NCBI RefSeq assembly: GCF_000012465.1
Contig: NC_007335.2
Coordinates: 1,140,001 to 1,172,000, forward strand
Direction of reading: 5' to 3'
DNA from: Prochlorococcus marinus str. NATL2A
Lineage (GTDB): Bacteria > Cyanobacteriota > Cyanobacteriia > PCC-6307 > Cyanobiaceae
Length of the DNA: 32,000 nt
Shown here: piece by piece, positions 1-8,692 of the stretch
Numbering within the stretch: the first letter of the stretch is position 1
Layout of the letters: each line of letters opens with the position of its first letter
Translations under genes and position numbers: made by a program
The notes under the pieces: generated by a model
Databases searched by the model: none
Told to the model about the DNA's origin: nothing
Seen by the model: only the letters and a program-made list of their open reading frames with translations

Positions 1-75
1 CCTGATAAAGTTTTTCAAGCCCTAAAAAAAGTCAAAGTAATGAATAGAGAATTACAGATAAACAGAGCAGACTAA
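1..75 (+). CDS. 3' end of an unidentified CDS that starts upstream of the window (last 24 codons, stop TAA at 73-75)
   Basis: Frame 1 is open from base 1 (PDKVFQALKKVKVMNRELQINRAD*). It is too short to identify. It points the same way as the next two genes. Confidence 0.25.
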   Translation, partial: PDKVFQALKKVKVMNRELQINRAD

Positions 76-86
76 AAGCCCCAGAA

Positions 87-362
87 ATGCTCTACAAATT
101 AATATTCAGCAGCATAACTACATTACTTATCTTAGAGATGAGTAACCTTTTAGAGATTCAAGCAGAGCACAAAAATACTCTGATTAATAAATTCTGCATT
201 GCATCCTTAAAATCAAAACTTGATTTTAAGGATGCACAAAAGATAGATGAAATTAGTCATTTTACCTGTGAGTGTTTTTTAGAAAAATTTAATTCTGGCA
301 ATTCAATAAAAGACTCACGTATTTACTGCAAAAATAAAACTGCAGATAAATACAATCTCTAA
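87..362 (+). CDS. Small hypothetical protein with a signal-peptide-like N-terminus and four Cys in the predicted mature part
   Basis: 91-aa ORF with an ATG start. Hydrophobic N-terminus MLYKLIFSSITTLLIL followed by ..EIQA. Cys at positions 37, 61, 63 and 81. Ends 21 nt upstream of the ABC transporter gene on the same strand. No family recognised. Confidence 0.45.
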   Translation: MLYKLIFSSITTLLILEMSNLLEIQAEHKNTLINKFCIASLKSKLDFKDAQKIDEISHFTCECFLEKFNSGNSIKDSRIYCKNKTADKYNL

Positions 363-383
363 AAGAATCACACTAAAAATAAG

Positions 384-2174
384 ATGTATAAATCTAAATC
401 AAAAAAAGGAAGAATCCCATTAGCAAGACTTTTAAGTAATCTTAAAAGTCAAAAGCGTCTAATTTATTCAGCTATTATTTGCTCTACATTAAATAAATTT
501 TTTGATCTCGCACCACCTGTACTAATTGGAATATCTGTTGACGTAGTAGTACGAAAAGAAAGTTCATGGCTTGGATCAATTGGCTTTAATACTGTCCCAG
601 ATCAGTTAATTGCGCTCTCAATCATTTCCTTTTTGATCTGGACAGCTGAATCATTCTTTGAATATTTATATGGATTAATGTGGAGAAATTTAGCTCAAAA
701 GACACAGCACTATTTAAGAATCAAAGCATATGACCATTTACAAAAATTAGAGATGACATTCTTCGAATCAGATAATACAGGAAGGCTTATGACTGTACTA
801 AATGATGATATTAATCAACTGGAAAGATTCTTGGATGAAGGAGCTAATAAAATTATTCAATTAATAATTACTGTTTTTATAGTTGGAGGGGCAATGATTT
901 TATTAGCTCCCGGAATTGCATTGCTAGCATTCATACCTATTCCATTTATTCTTTGGGGCTCGATTAGATTCCAGAAGAACCTAGCTCCTCGCTATCGTGA
1001 AGTCAGAGATAGGGCTGGAGATCTTGCTTCAAGACTTAATAATAATCTCAGTGGAATGCTAACTATTAAAAGTTTTGCTACTGAAGATTGGGAACTAGAA
1101 AGATTAAGACTAGATAGCAATTTATATCAAGAAAGTAATAGAAAAGCGATTAAGTTATCAGCAGCATTTATCCCCTTAATTAGATTCGCGATACTATTTG
1201 CATTTCTTGCAATATTAATTGCTGGGGGCTTCCAATCTTGGAAAGGATTAATGCCTGTGGGAACTTATAGTTTTTTAGTATTTATAACTCAAAGATTATT
1301 ATGGCCCTTAACGACATTAGGTCATATCCTGGATGATTATCAAAGATCAATGGCCTCAACAAATAGAGTATTAGATTTAATAGATACTCCAATTAAAATT
1401 AAAACTGGCAAAGTCAAGTTAGATCCATTTAATGTTAAAGGTGCAATCACATTTAACAATATTGATTTTACATATGAAGGAAGGTCTCAAGTCATAAAAA
1501 ACTTTAATTTAGATATTAGTCCTGGGAAAAAAATAGGTATTGTAGGTGCCACTGGTTCTGGCAAAAGTACACTTATAAAACTCTTGTTAAGGCTGTATAA
1601 AATCAGTAAAGGTTCAATAGAAATTGATAATAATTCAATTGAATCATTGGATTTAAAAAGTCTACGACGTTGTATTGCATTAGTAAGCCAGGAAACATAT
1701 TTGTTCCAAGGTACAATTGAAGAAAATATTTCTTATGGATCGCAAAATATTGATAAATCAAAAATAAAAAATGCTGCAGATATTGCTGAAGCAACTGAAT
1801 TTATTAATCAACTTCCACAAGGCTTAAACACAATAGTGGGAGAAAGAGGACAAAAGTTATCTGGTGGCCAAAGACAAAGAATTGCAATCGCAAGAGCAAT
1901 CCTAAAAAACGCCCCTATTTTAGTATTAGATGAGGCAACAGCCTCTGTAGACAATGAAACTGAAGCCGCGATTCAAAGGTCTCTAAAGAAGATAACAACT
2001 AGTTGTACCACAATTGTTATTGCACATCGTTTAAGCACAGTAATAGATGCCGACGAAATTATAGTTTTAGATAAAGGTAAAATTATAGAGAAAGGCACAC
2101 ATCATTCTCTTCTAAAAAATAGAGATTTCTATTACCACCTTTGGAAAATTCAAGCTGGTGGAAATAATACTTAA
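384..2174 (+). CDS. ABC exporter, fused permease/ATPase (MsbA/multidrug-type half transporter)
   Basis: 596 aa. N-terminal half has multiple hydrophobic helices. Walker A GATGSGKST, ABC signature LSGGQRQR, Walker B ILVLDEATS, H-loop IAHRLST. No N-terminal C39 peptidase domain. Confidence 0.93.
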   Translation: MYKSKSKKGRIPLARLLSNLKSQKRLIYSAIICSTLNKFFDLAPPVLIGISVDVVVRKESSWLGSIGFNTVPDQLIALSIISFLIWTAESFFEYLYGLMWRNLAQKTQHYLRIKAYDHLQKLEMTFFESDNTGRLMTVLNDDINQLERFLDEGANKIIQLIITVFIVGGAMILLAPGIALLAFIPIPFILWGSIRFQKNLAPRYREVRDRAGDLASRLNNNLSGMLTIKSFATEDWELERLRLDSNLYQESNRKAIKLSAAFIPLIRFAILFAFLAILIAGGFQSWKGLMPVGTYSFLVFITQRLLWPLTTLGHILDDYQRSMASTNRVLDLIDTPIKIKTGKVKLDPFNVKGAITFNNIDFTYEGRSQVIKNFNLDISPGKKIGIVGATGSGKSTLIKLLLRLYKISKGSIEIDNNSIESLDLKSLRRCIALVSQETYLFQGTIEENISYGSQNIDKSKIKNAADIAEATEFINQLPQGLNTIVGERGQKLSGGQRQRIAIARAILKNAPILVLDEATASVDNETEAAIQRSLKKITTSCTTIVIAHRLSTVIDADEIIVLDKGKIIEKGTHHSLLKNRDFYYHLWKIQAGGNNT

Positions 2175-2175
2175 A

Positions 2176-2721
2176 TCATATGAAAAACGTAAAAGAACTA
2201 ACTACTCTTTTAAAAGTATCTTGCATTTTTGACCAGCGTTGTTCACTAGTGCTAGCTGCAAGCGTATATAAATAACCTCTGTCTACTACCACAGTAGCGA
2301 ATTCGTGCCTGCGGTTTACTTCTGAATCAACAGAGTATTCAAGATCATAGAATTTGCGTTGCTCAACTTCTCTCTCTGAAACATCAATCAATTGAATAGG
2401 ATTGTTACTATTTTTCTCACCGAAAAGTCTTTCCCCTACAGCATCCGCTCCACCCAAATCATCTAAATCCACTTCATTTTCTAATTTAGAAATAACAAGA
2501 CTGAGAGTTTCATCGGAGTTAATCAAGTCATGGTAAACAACCTCTGGTCCATTATCGACGGCCACTCTCGTCCACCCTGTTGGGAAAAGAAAACCATATC
2601 GTCCATCTTGACTTTTAAAAGGTTCCAAGCCTGCGGATCCCCCTGTAGAGCAAGCTCCGAGCGTCAAGACCAACGCTATAGCCAAAAGGGATTTAAAAGA
2701 TGTTCGAAAAAGTTTGATCAT
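2176..2721 (-). CDS. psbP: PsbP-like photosystem II lumenal lipoprotein (CyanoP)
   Basis: 181 aa. Lipoprotein signal with lipobox LTLGAC. Recalled CyanoP pattern: YGFLFPTGWTRV, ETLSLVIS, FYDLEYSV....RHEFATVVV..GYLYTL..ST.EQRW, ...SSF. Confidence 0.82.
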   Translation of the reverse strand: MIKLFRTSFKSLLAIALVLTLGACSTGGSAGLEPFKSQDGRYGFLFPTGWTRVAVDNGPEVVYHDLINSDETLSLVISKLENEVDLDDLGGADAVGERLFGEKNSNNPIQLIDVSEREVEQRKFYDLEYSVDSEVNRRHEFATVVVDRGYLYTLAASTSEQRWSKMQDTFKRVVSSFTFFI

Positions 2722-2891
2722 TTTGGAGACTCAAGCATCACTATTTTGATACATTTCTAATTTAACTGACGGTAATCTTCTTTAAATTAGTGCAACCCAG
2801 ATAAAACTCTGACTACATTCAAGTTAATTGCTTCTGAACTCTGAGCGGCTTCACTAAACCATTATCAAAATTAATTGATCAATTTGAGCAA

Positions 2892-3440
2892 TTGCCCGGT
2901 ATCGGTCCAAGAACTGCTCAAAGATTAGCTCTTCATCTTTTGCGTCAGCCAGAATACAAAATCAGATTGTTTTCAGAAGCTCTACTTAATGCGAAAAGTC
3001 AGGTAGGTCAATGTAAGACGTGCTTTCATCTAACCGCAGGAGAACAATGCGAAATTTGTCTAAACAAGCAAAGAAATCAAGAACTCATTTGCGTTGTTTC
3101 TGAGTCAAGAGATTTACTTGCTCTTGAGCGCACTAGAGAGTACAAAGGGCTTTATCATGTAATTGGTGGGTTAATTTCTCCGATGGATGGGATTGGACCT
3201 GAAATGCTTGAGATATCAAGTCTTATCAAAAGAGTCGATAAAGCAAATATAAAAGAAGTCATCCTTGCCCTAACACCAAGTATTGAAGGGGATACGACTA
3301 GTCTTTATGTGGGTAGATTATTAAAACCATTCACAAAAGTCACTCGTATTGCTTATGGACTTCCTGTTGGAAGTGAGTTGGAATATGCCGATGAAGTAAC
3401 ACTCTCACGTGCTTTAGAAGGTCGTAGAGACTTAGATTAA
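2892..3440 (+). CDS. recR: Recombination protein RecR (the true start is probably upstream of the TTG used by the ORF track; see finding)
   Basis: HhH motif [13 protein letters not shown], Cys4 zinc finger CKTCFHL...CEIC, Toprim region [12 protein letters not shown] and C-terminal [16 protein letters not shown]. The in-frame upstream codons (2853-2891) encode [13 protein letters not shown], which matches the conserved RecR N-terminal helix. Confidence 0.92.
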   Translation: MPGIGPRTAQRLALHLLRQPEYKIRLFSEALLNAKSQVGQCKTCFHLTAGEQCEICLNKQRNQELICVVSESRDLLALERTREYKGLYHVIGGLISPMDGIGPEMLEISSLIKRVDKANIKEVILALTPSIEGDTTSLYVGRLLKPFTKVTRIAYGLPVGSELEYADEVTLSRALEGRRDLD

Positions 3441-3451
3441 CCATCAAACAT

Positions 3452-4375
3452 ATGACAACAACAACAAGAAAAACAACAAAATACAGTAGCTTCCTCCCAG
3501 AAGAGCGTTTACCTAATTGGATCAAACCATCGATAGGTAACGCAACTCAACTAGAGAAAGTTCAAAAGCTCGTAAAGGAAAACAGATTACATACGATCTG
3601 TGAAGAAGGCAGATGCCCGAACAGAGGTGAATGTTATGCCGCTGGTACGGCTACTTTTTTATTGGGCGGCTCAATATGTACAAGGAGCTGTGCCTTTTGC
3701 CAAGTAGAAAAAGGAAAGTCGCCAGAGAAAGTAAATATTTTTGAGGCAGAGAAAGTAGCAAATGCTGTTCAGGTATTGAATCTTAAATATGTGGTACTAA
3801 CAGCAGTCGCAAGAGATGATTTGCCGGATCACGGTGCAAGTCTATTCACGACAACAATGGATGCAATTAGATCCTTGAATCCAGGTGTCGCAATAGAGGT
3901 ACTAACACCAGATTTCTGGGGTGGCAACAACAAGGACAATGTCGAAAAGCAAAGAGAGCGCCTTAAGCTAGTTCTTTCGGCTAATCCGATTTGTTTCAAC
4001 CATAATCTTGAAACTGTCAAAAGACTTCAAAGAGAAGTCAGGAGAGGTGCTACTTACCAACACTCACTCAATCTTCTCAAATTTGCTAGAGAAATCGATC
4101 CAAAAATTCCTACAAAATCAGGAATAATGCTTGGACTGGGAGAAAAATTTCATGAAATAATTCAAACCCTTAAAGACCTTAGGAAAGTAGACTGTCAATA
4201 TTTGACTATCGGTCAATATTTACGACCTTCACTTGCTCACATCCCAGTTTCTCATTATTGGTCACCAACAAAGTTCAATGATTTTGCAGAAATAGCAAAC
4301 GGATTAGGTTTTAAGAAAGTAAACAGCGGTCCTTTAGTAAGAAGCAGCTACCATGCGAAGGAGACCTTAGATTAG
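3452..4375 (+). CDS. lipA: Lipoyl synthase (radical SAM)
   Basis: 307 aa. N-terminal cluster motif [12 protein letters not shown], radical-SAM motif CTRSCAFC, and C-terminal [11 protein letters not shown]. Starts 11 nt after recR. Confidence 0.95.
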   Translation: MTTTTRKTTKYSSFLPEERLPNWIKPSIGNATQLEKVQKLVKENRLHTICEEGRCPNRGECYAAGTATFLLGGSICTRSCAFCQVEKGKSPEKVNIFEAEKVANAVQVLNLKYVVLTAVARDDLPDHGASLFTTTMDAIRSLNPGVAIEVLTPDFWGGNNKDNVEKQRERLKLVLSANPICFNHNLETVKRLQREVRRGATYQHSLNLLKFAREIDPKIPTKSGIMLGLGEKFHEIIQTLKDLRKVDCQYLTIGQYLRPSLAHIPVSHYWSPTKFNDFAEIANGLGFKKVNSGPLVRSSYHAKETLD

Positions 4376-4393
4376 CCTCCTTAAAAAATCTAA

Positions 4394-4906
4394 CTACTCC
4401 GACCAACTCCGATAACTTCTTTCAAACACTTTCTCACAATTACCTACCATAAAAGCGCCTGCACCTCCCCAAACAAGTCTCAAAGGTAAATCCAAGGGAG
4501 AGGATCCAACTTTTCGCACAGTATTAAAGCCACGCCTACGAAAATAACGTTGCAAGATTTCATGCTGATTATTTTCATCATAAATAGCCAATAACCTCGC
4601 ACTACGACAGGGAGTCTCTTCTAAAGCCCAGGCCATAGTTGAAGCCCATATCAAGTCACCTATTTTAGAGTTGACGTTCTTGCCAACCTTCATCGTATCA
4701 AGCTGAAGTCCTTTAGTATTTTGATATGCCCATCCTTTCATTTCACCCAACAACTGAATTTTAGTATTACTAGTTATTTCGCCAACAACCAGCTTAAACG
4801 ACCAAATATTGAGAGGTCTCCTAACTTGTATACGCAGCAACAACCCCCTTTCAGATGCTTCTTTTTCTAATAAAGTTAAATTAGGTTTAGTCATGAAGAT
4901 GGCCAT
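4394..4906 (-). CDS. Conserved hypothetical protein, possibly an acyl-CoA N-acyltransferase-like fold (weak call)
   Basis: 170-aa ORF. The second in-frame ATG (4892-4894) forms an ATGA overlap with the stop of the upstream trhO-like gene, so the start may be 4894. The C-terminal stretch LLAIYDENNQHEILQRYFRRRGF loosely resembles a GNAT core. No clear motif. Confidence 0.6.
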   Translation of the reverse strand: MAIFMTKPNLTLLEKEASERGLLLRIQVRRPLNIWSFKLVVGEITSNTKIQLLGEMKGWAYQNTKGLQLDTMKVGKNVNSKIGDLIWASTMAWALEETPCRSARLLAIYDENNQHEILQRYFRRRGFNTVRKVGSSPLDLPLRLVWGGAGAFMVGNCEKVFERSYRSWSE

Positions 4907-5850
4907 ATAGAATTTTCAGGTAGACGTTTCATTATTTCATCAATTTGACGTTGTCTTTCAGCAAATCTAGCTCTATCGCTATCTGTGAATTTGTTAACAC
5001 AAGCATCACATTGTAATCCTTTAATATACGTTGGCTTTTTCAAGTCCTCGGGAGAGATGGGTAATCCACAAGCATGACACATCCGATGTGAACCTGGTAA
5101 AAGCTCATGATCTAATGAGACACGTTGATCAAAAACAAAGCACTCTCCATTCCATAAACTATTCTCAGAGGAAACATCTTCTAGATATTTTAGTATTCCA
5201 CCTTCAAGATGATGTACGTCAGAAAAGCCTTCTTCTATCAAATAAGAGGTAGCTTTTTCGCATCTTATTCCGCCCGTACAATACATTCCTATTTTTAAAG
5301 AGGGATTCTCTTCGATTAAAGGTTTTAAATGCTTTTGCACCCATGCAGGAAATTCACGAAATGAACTTGTCTGTGGATTTAGAGCTCCTGCAAAATTTCC
5401 AATTTTTATTTCATACTCATTACGAGTATCAATAACGACACTATTAGGATCTTCTAAAAACTGATTCCATTCACCAGCTTTTATATATTTACCAACAGAT
5501 TTAGTAGGATTAATTTCTTTTAGTCCAATCGTAACGATTTCTTTTTTCTTACGAGCTTTAAAGCGGCGGAAAGCCTGTTTTTCACTCCAACTATATTTGA
5601 CATTAATATCCGATACCTTTAAAAGTTTCTCTAACGTTTCAATGAATTGAACTATCGCATTTTCAGGACCACATATCGTACCGTTAACACCTTCAGAAGC
5701 TAATAAAATAGTGCCTTTTATTTTTTGATTCGTTGCTAACTTCGTTAATTCTTCTTTGATTAAAAGAATTTCTTCATCAATAATCGAAATAAAATTGTAA
5801 AACGCAGCAACTTTATATTTAAATTTCTTTAGTCTATCATCTTTTTTCAT
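4891..5850 (-). CDS. trhO: Rhodanese-domain protein of the UPF0176/YceA family (tRNA uridine(34) hydroxylase TrhO-like)
   Basis: 319 aa. N-terminal YKVAAFYNF....EE typical of the family. Rhodanese active-site loop CTGGIRCEKA. C-terminal Cys pairs CHAC...CDAC. Confidence 0.82.
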   Translation of the reverse strand: MKKDDRLKKFKYKVAAFYNFISIIDEEILLIKEELTKLATNQKIKGTILLASEGVNGTICGPENAIVQFIETLEKLLKVSDINVKYSWSEKQAFRRFKARKKKEIVTIGLKEINPTKSVGKYIKAGEWNQFLEDPNSVVIDTRNEYEIKIGNFAGALNPQTSSFREFPAWVQKHLKPLIEENPSLKIGMYCTGGIRCEKATSYLIEEGFSDVHHLEGGILKYLEDVSSENSLWNGECFVFDQRVSLDHELLPGSHRMCHACGLPISPEDLKKPTYIKGLQCDACVNKFTDSDRARFAERQRQIDEIMKRLPENSIWPSS

Positions 5851-5862
5851 ACCTACTTAGTC

Positions 5863-6900
5863 TTAAGAGAAATTAGCCGTAATTCCAGCATCCGCTAAAA
5901 GCTTACGGTCTGCTTCCACCTCCGGATTGCTTGTAGTTAAAAGTGTATCTCCATAGAATATAGAATCAGCTCCAGATTGTAGACATAGAATCTGAGCTTC
6001 CCTACCTAATTGTTGTCTCCCTGCACTAAGTCTTATTCGGCTTTTAGGCATGATAATCCTTGCTGTCGCGACCATACGAACCATCTCTAATGGATCAATA
6101 GAAGACAAATCCTCCATGGGTGTCCCCTCCACTGCAACCAATGCATTAATAGGTACACTTTCAGGATGCGGGTCTAAAGTTGCTAAAACTTTAAGTAAAG
6201 ATGCTCTATCTGAAACAGATTCTCCCATGCCAATAATCCCACCACAGCAAACTGTAATTCCAGCCATGCGTACTCTTCTCAATGTTTCAAGTCGATCTTG
6301 ATATGTTCTTGTTGAAATGATTTTGGAATAATGCTCAGGACTAGTATCTAAATTGTGGTTATAGGCTGTTAAACCTGCTTCTGCCAATCTAGAGGCTTGA
6401 GAATCAGTAATCATTCCAGCGGTGACACATGCCTCAAGGCCAAGCTCTCTAACACCTTTTACCATTTCAAGCATTGAATCGAATGCGTTTCCGTCTTTGA
6501 TCTCACGCCAAGCCCAACCCATGCAAAATCGATCTGCTCCTGCATCTTTTGCCGCTCTTGCTCTATCAAGAACTGACTCAACTTCAATTACAGGATTAGG
6601 TTGAACAGTTGTTTCATTGTGAACAGATTGGGGACAATATGCACAGTCTTCTGAGCATCCACCTGTCTTCACACTTAGAAGAGAAGCAAGCTGAACTTTA
6701 TAACCGGGATTGTAAGACCTATGAACTATTTGAGCTCTCCACAACAAATCCATTAATGGCAAATCAAGTATTTCTTTGATTTCTTCTGAAGACCAATCAT
6801 GTCTAATATCTCCACCTTTTATGGAATTAAAATCTAAATATGATTCGTCTTTGAACTTGAGTTTATTAGATTCCTGGATATTAGGATTAATTAGAGTCAT
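5863..6900 (-). CDS. bioB: Biotin synthase (radical SAM)
   Basis: 345 aa. Radical-SAM motif [10 protein letters not shown]. Also [12 protein letters not shown] and GGIIGMGES as in BioB. Confidence 0.95.
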   Translation of the reverse strand: MTLINPNIQESNKLKFKDESYLDFNSIKGGDIRHDWSSEEIKEILDLPLMDLLWRAQIVHRSYNPGYKVQLASLLSVKTGGCSEDCAYCPQSVHNETTVQPNPVIEVESVLDRARAAKDAGADRFCMGWAWREIKDGNAFDSMLEMVKGVRELGLEACVTAGMITDSQASRLAEAGLTAYNHNLDTSPEHYSKIISTRTYQDRLETLRRVRMAGITVCCGGIIGMGESVSDRASLLKVLATLDPHPESVPINALVAVEGTPMEDLSSIDPLEMVRMVATARIIMPKSRIRLSAGRQQLGREAQILCLQSGADSIFYGDTLLTTSNPEVEADRKLLADAGITANFS

Positions 6901-6993
6901 AAAAGAATTTGAATATGAAAAATTTAATTGCTATTTAGTTTTAGCCGATAATCTAAAAAAAATCATATAACTCAAGATATTCAATTAATTTAG

Positions 6994-7764
6994 TTATACA
7001 CCACCAAATCTCCTTCTTCTAGATTGATAGTCAAGTAGTGCCTTGGCAAGAGTATCGGCATTAAAATCTGGCCATAATACGTCTGTGATATGGATTTCAG
7101 CATAAGCTAATTGCCACAAAAGAAAATTACTTATCCTTTTTTCTCCACTAGTTCTAATAAGTAAGTCTGGATCAACCTCACTAGCTGTAAACAACTCAGA
7201 AGCAAATACATTTTCATCTATCAATGAAGGATCTAATTCGCCTTTTACCGAACGTTCTGCCAACTTTTGAGCAGCTCGTACTAATTCCCGTCTTCCTCCA
7301 TAATTTGTGCAAACATTAAAATGAATACCTTTACTATTAGAAGTTGATTCAACAGATTCTTTGATTAAGTCCTTTAAGCCAATAGGCAAAGGGTCAAGAT
7401 CACCCATGAAATTAATTTTTACTTCTTCGAGTTTTAAATTAGTCAATTCACGCTTGAGAACACTTTCAAAAAGTGTCATTAAGAAATTCACTTCTTCACT
7501 AGGTCTGGACCAATTTTCAGTTGAGAAGGCATAAACAGTTAATGCACCTATTCCCCAATTACTACATAAGTGCAAAGTAGTTTTTAAAGCCTCAACCCCA
7601 GCTGTATGTCCAATCGTCCTTGGTAAACCCTTTTCTTTTGCCCATCTACCATTTCCATCCATGATTACCGCAATATGCTCAGGCATACGAAGACGGTCCA
7701 AATCTTTAGGTAATGGCGATACCTTTCTAGAATTATCGGTGGTTATTACAGAAGGGTAAGTCAA
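6994..7764 (-). CDS. uppS: Undecaprenyl diphosphate synthase (cis-prenyltransferase)
   Basis: 256 aa. [42 protein letters not shown]. The TTG start at 7762-7764 overlaps the cdaA stop (TTGA). The first in-frame ATG would remove the conserved LPKDLD region. Confidence 0.93.
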   Translation of the reverse strand: MTYPSVITTDNSRKVSPLPKDLDRLRMPEHIAVIMDGNGRWAKEKGLPRTIGHTAGVEALKTTLHLCSNWGIGALTVYAFSTENWSRPSEEVNFLMTLFESVLKRELTNLKLEEVKINFMGDLDPLPIGLKDLIKESVESTSNSKGIHFNVCTNYGGRRELVRAAQKLAERSVKGELDPSLIDENVFASELFTASEVDPDLLIRTSGEKRISNFLLWQLAYAEIHITDVLWPDFNADTLAKALLDYQSRRRRFGGV

Positions 7765-8663
7765 TTCAAAGACTCCTTGCTGTCATTATTTTTCACAAGA
7801 TTAACTCTGGATTGAGCAACTTTAGTTTCAATATTAGAGGAAGTTGTTTTCAATGAAGAATTAATGCTGTTGGACTTAGATCCAGATGCATTTGAAGGAT
7901 CCAACAATTCCTTCAAAAGGTCAAGTAAACGACTGCTTGTAATAGGTCTTTCAAGTCGTCCTTGATTAGCTAAGGATAAAGTACCTGATTCTTCTGAAAC
8001 TACAACACAAATACATCGATCAAAACGTTCAGTTATCCCAAGAGCTGCTAGATGCCTAGTTCCATATCTACTAATTCCTTGCCTTGAGAGAGGCAAGATT
8101 ACACCTGCTGAAATAATTCTATTTCCCTTCACTAAAACGGCTCCATCATGCAAAGGGGTGTCAGCCGCAAAAAGATTTAATATCAATTCAGACGATAATT
8201 TAGCATCAATCGGAACTCCAGAGAAAAGGAAATCTTCTGGGCGCAAGTCACTTCCCATGTCAACAACAATCAATGCTCCCTTTCTATTTTGCGATAAGCG
8301 ACCTGCGGCTTCTGTTAATTGAGCAAAAGTATTAGAACTTGCCCTGAATTCTTTTTGGGTATTTCCAAGAATCACAGCCAGTCGTCCAGTGCCTAATAAC
8401 TCCATTAATCTCCTTAATTCTCCTTGCCATAAAATTGCTAAAGATAATGAGCAAGCCAGAACTAAGGCATCAACAAGTTTTGAAGTAATTGGTAAATTTG
8501 CAAACCTCTGAACGAACCACGCTAATGAAACCAAAAAGAGATAACCTCTTAAAAGCCATAACGTTCTTTGCTCTTTAACTCTTGTAAAAAGAAGCACTCC
8601 AAGAGAAGAAGCAAACAATACATCAAGGAAAACACGCAAATTTATAAACCACCAGAAATTCAC
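7761..8663 (-). CDS. cdaA: Membrane-anchored diadenylate cyclase (CdaA/DisA_N domain, c-di-AMP synthase)
   Basis: 300 aa with a GTG start. Three N-terminal hydrophobic helices. DAC motifs [32 protein letters not shown]. Ser/Asn-rich C-terminal tail of about 45 aa. Confidence 0.88.
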   Translation of the reverse strand: MNFWWFINLRVFLDVLFASSLGVLLFTRVKEQRTLWLLRGYLFLVSLAWFVQRFANLPITSKLVDALVLACSLSLAILWQGELRRLMELLGTGRLAVILGNTQKEFRASSNTFAQLTEAAGRLSQNRKGALIVVDMGSDLRPEDFLFSGVPIDAKLSSELILNLFAADTPLHDGAVLVKGNRIISAGVILPLSRQGISRYGTRHLAALGITERFDRCICVVVSEESGTLSLANQGRLERPITSSRLLDLLKELLDPSNASGSKSNSINSSLKTTSSNIETKVAQSRVNLVKNNDSKESLN

Positions 8664-8692
8664 TCCTACACCCCAACGTTATTTCAACTTAC

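Noticed and set aside
1603-1794. Short ORFs lying antisense or out of frame inside well-supported genes: 1603-1794, 2530-2760, 3340-3525, 3829-4020, 5031-5252, 6050-6301, 6422-6604, 12937-13167, 13174-13356, 13560-13748, 15041-15241, 19141-19353, 21487-21669, 21865-22068, 23719-23934, 23924-24136, 30112-30348, 30254-30460.
   Set aside because: Each is fully embedded in a longer ORF with clear family motifs. Their translations are low-complexity or atypical and show no recognisable motifs. Such shadow ORFs are expected by chance.
87-2174. Idea that the small Cys-containing ORF plus the ABC exporter form a bacteriocin or lanthipeptide (prochlorosin-like) export pair
   Set aside because: The exporter has no N-terminal C39 peptidase domain. 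The peptide has no double-glycine leader. No LanM or other modification enzyme is nearby.
2758-2789. AT-only inverted repeats in spacers: TAATTTAA/TTAAATTA at 2758-2789, ATTAGCTAAT at 28237-28246, CGGTTAACCG at 10624-10633, GTGATAA/TTATCAC at 29460-29492, and ATAAAATTT/AAATTTTAT just after the tRNA.
   Set aside because: They are short (7-10 bp) and mostly A/T within AT-rich DNA, so chance occurrence is high. None has a following U-run or an obvious positional logic. They are not worth individual claims without conservation data.
6776-6970. 64-aa plus-strand ORF spanning the bioB start and the bioB-uppS spacer; also 18260-18442 and 19894-20193, which straddle gene ends
   Set aside because: They mostly overlap the 5' or 3' ends of strong genes on the opposite strand. 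The non-overlapping parts are only a few codons of AT-rich spacer.
8661-8672. Sequence cactcctacacc in the lysA-cdaA junction, which resembles the Yfr1 sRNA core motif as I recall it (ACUCCUCACAC)
   Set aside because: It is not an exact match. It overlaps the cdaA GTG start on the opposite strand. It is not flanked by the two stem-loops expected of Yfr1.
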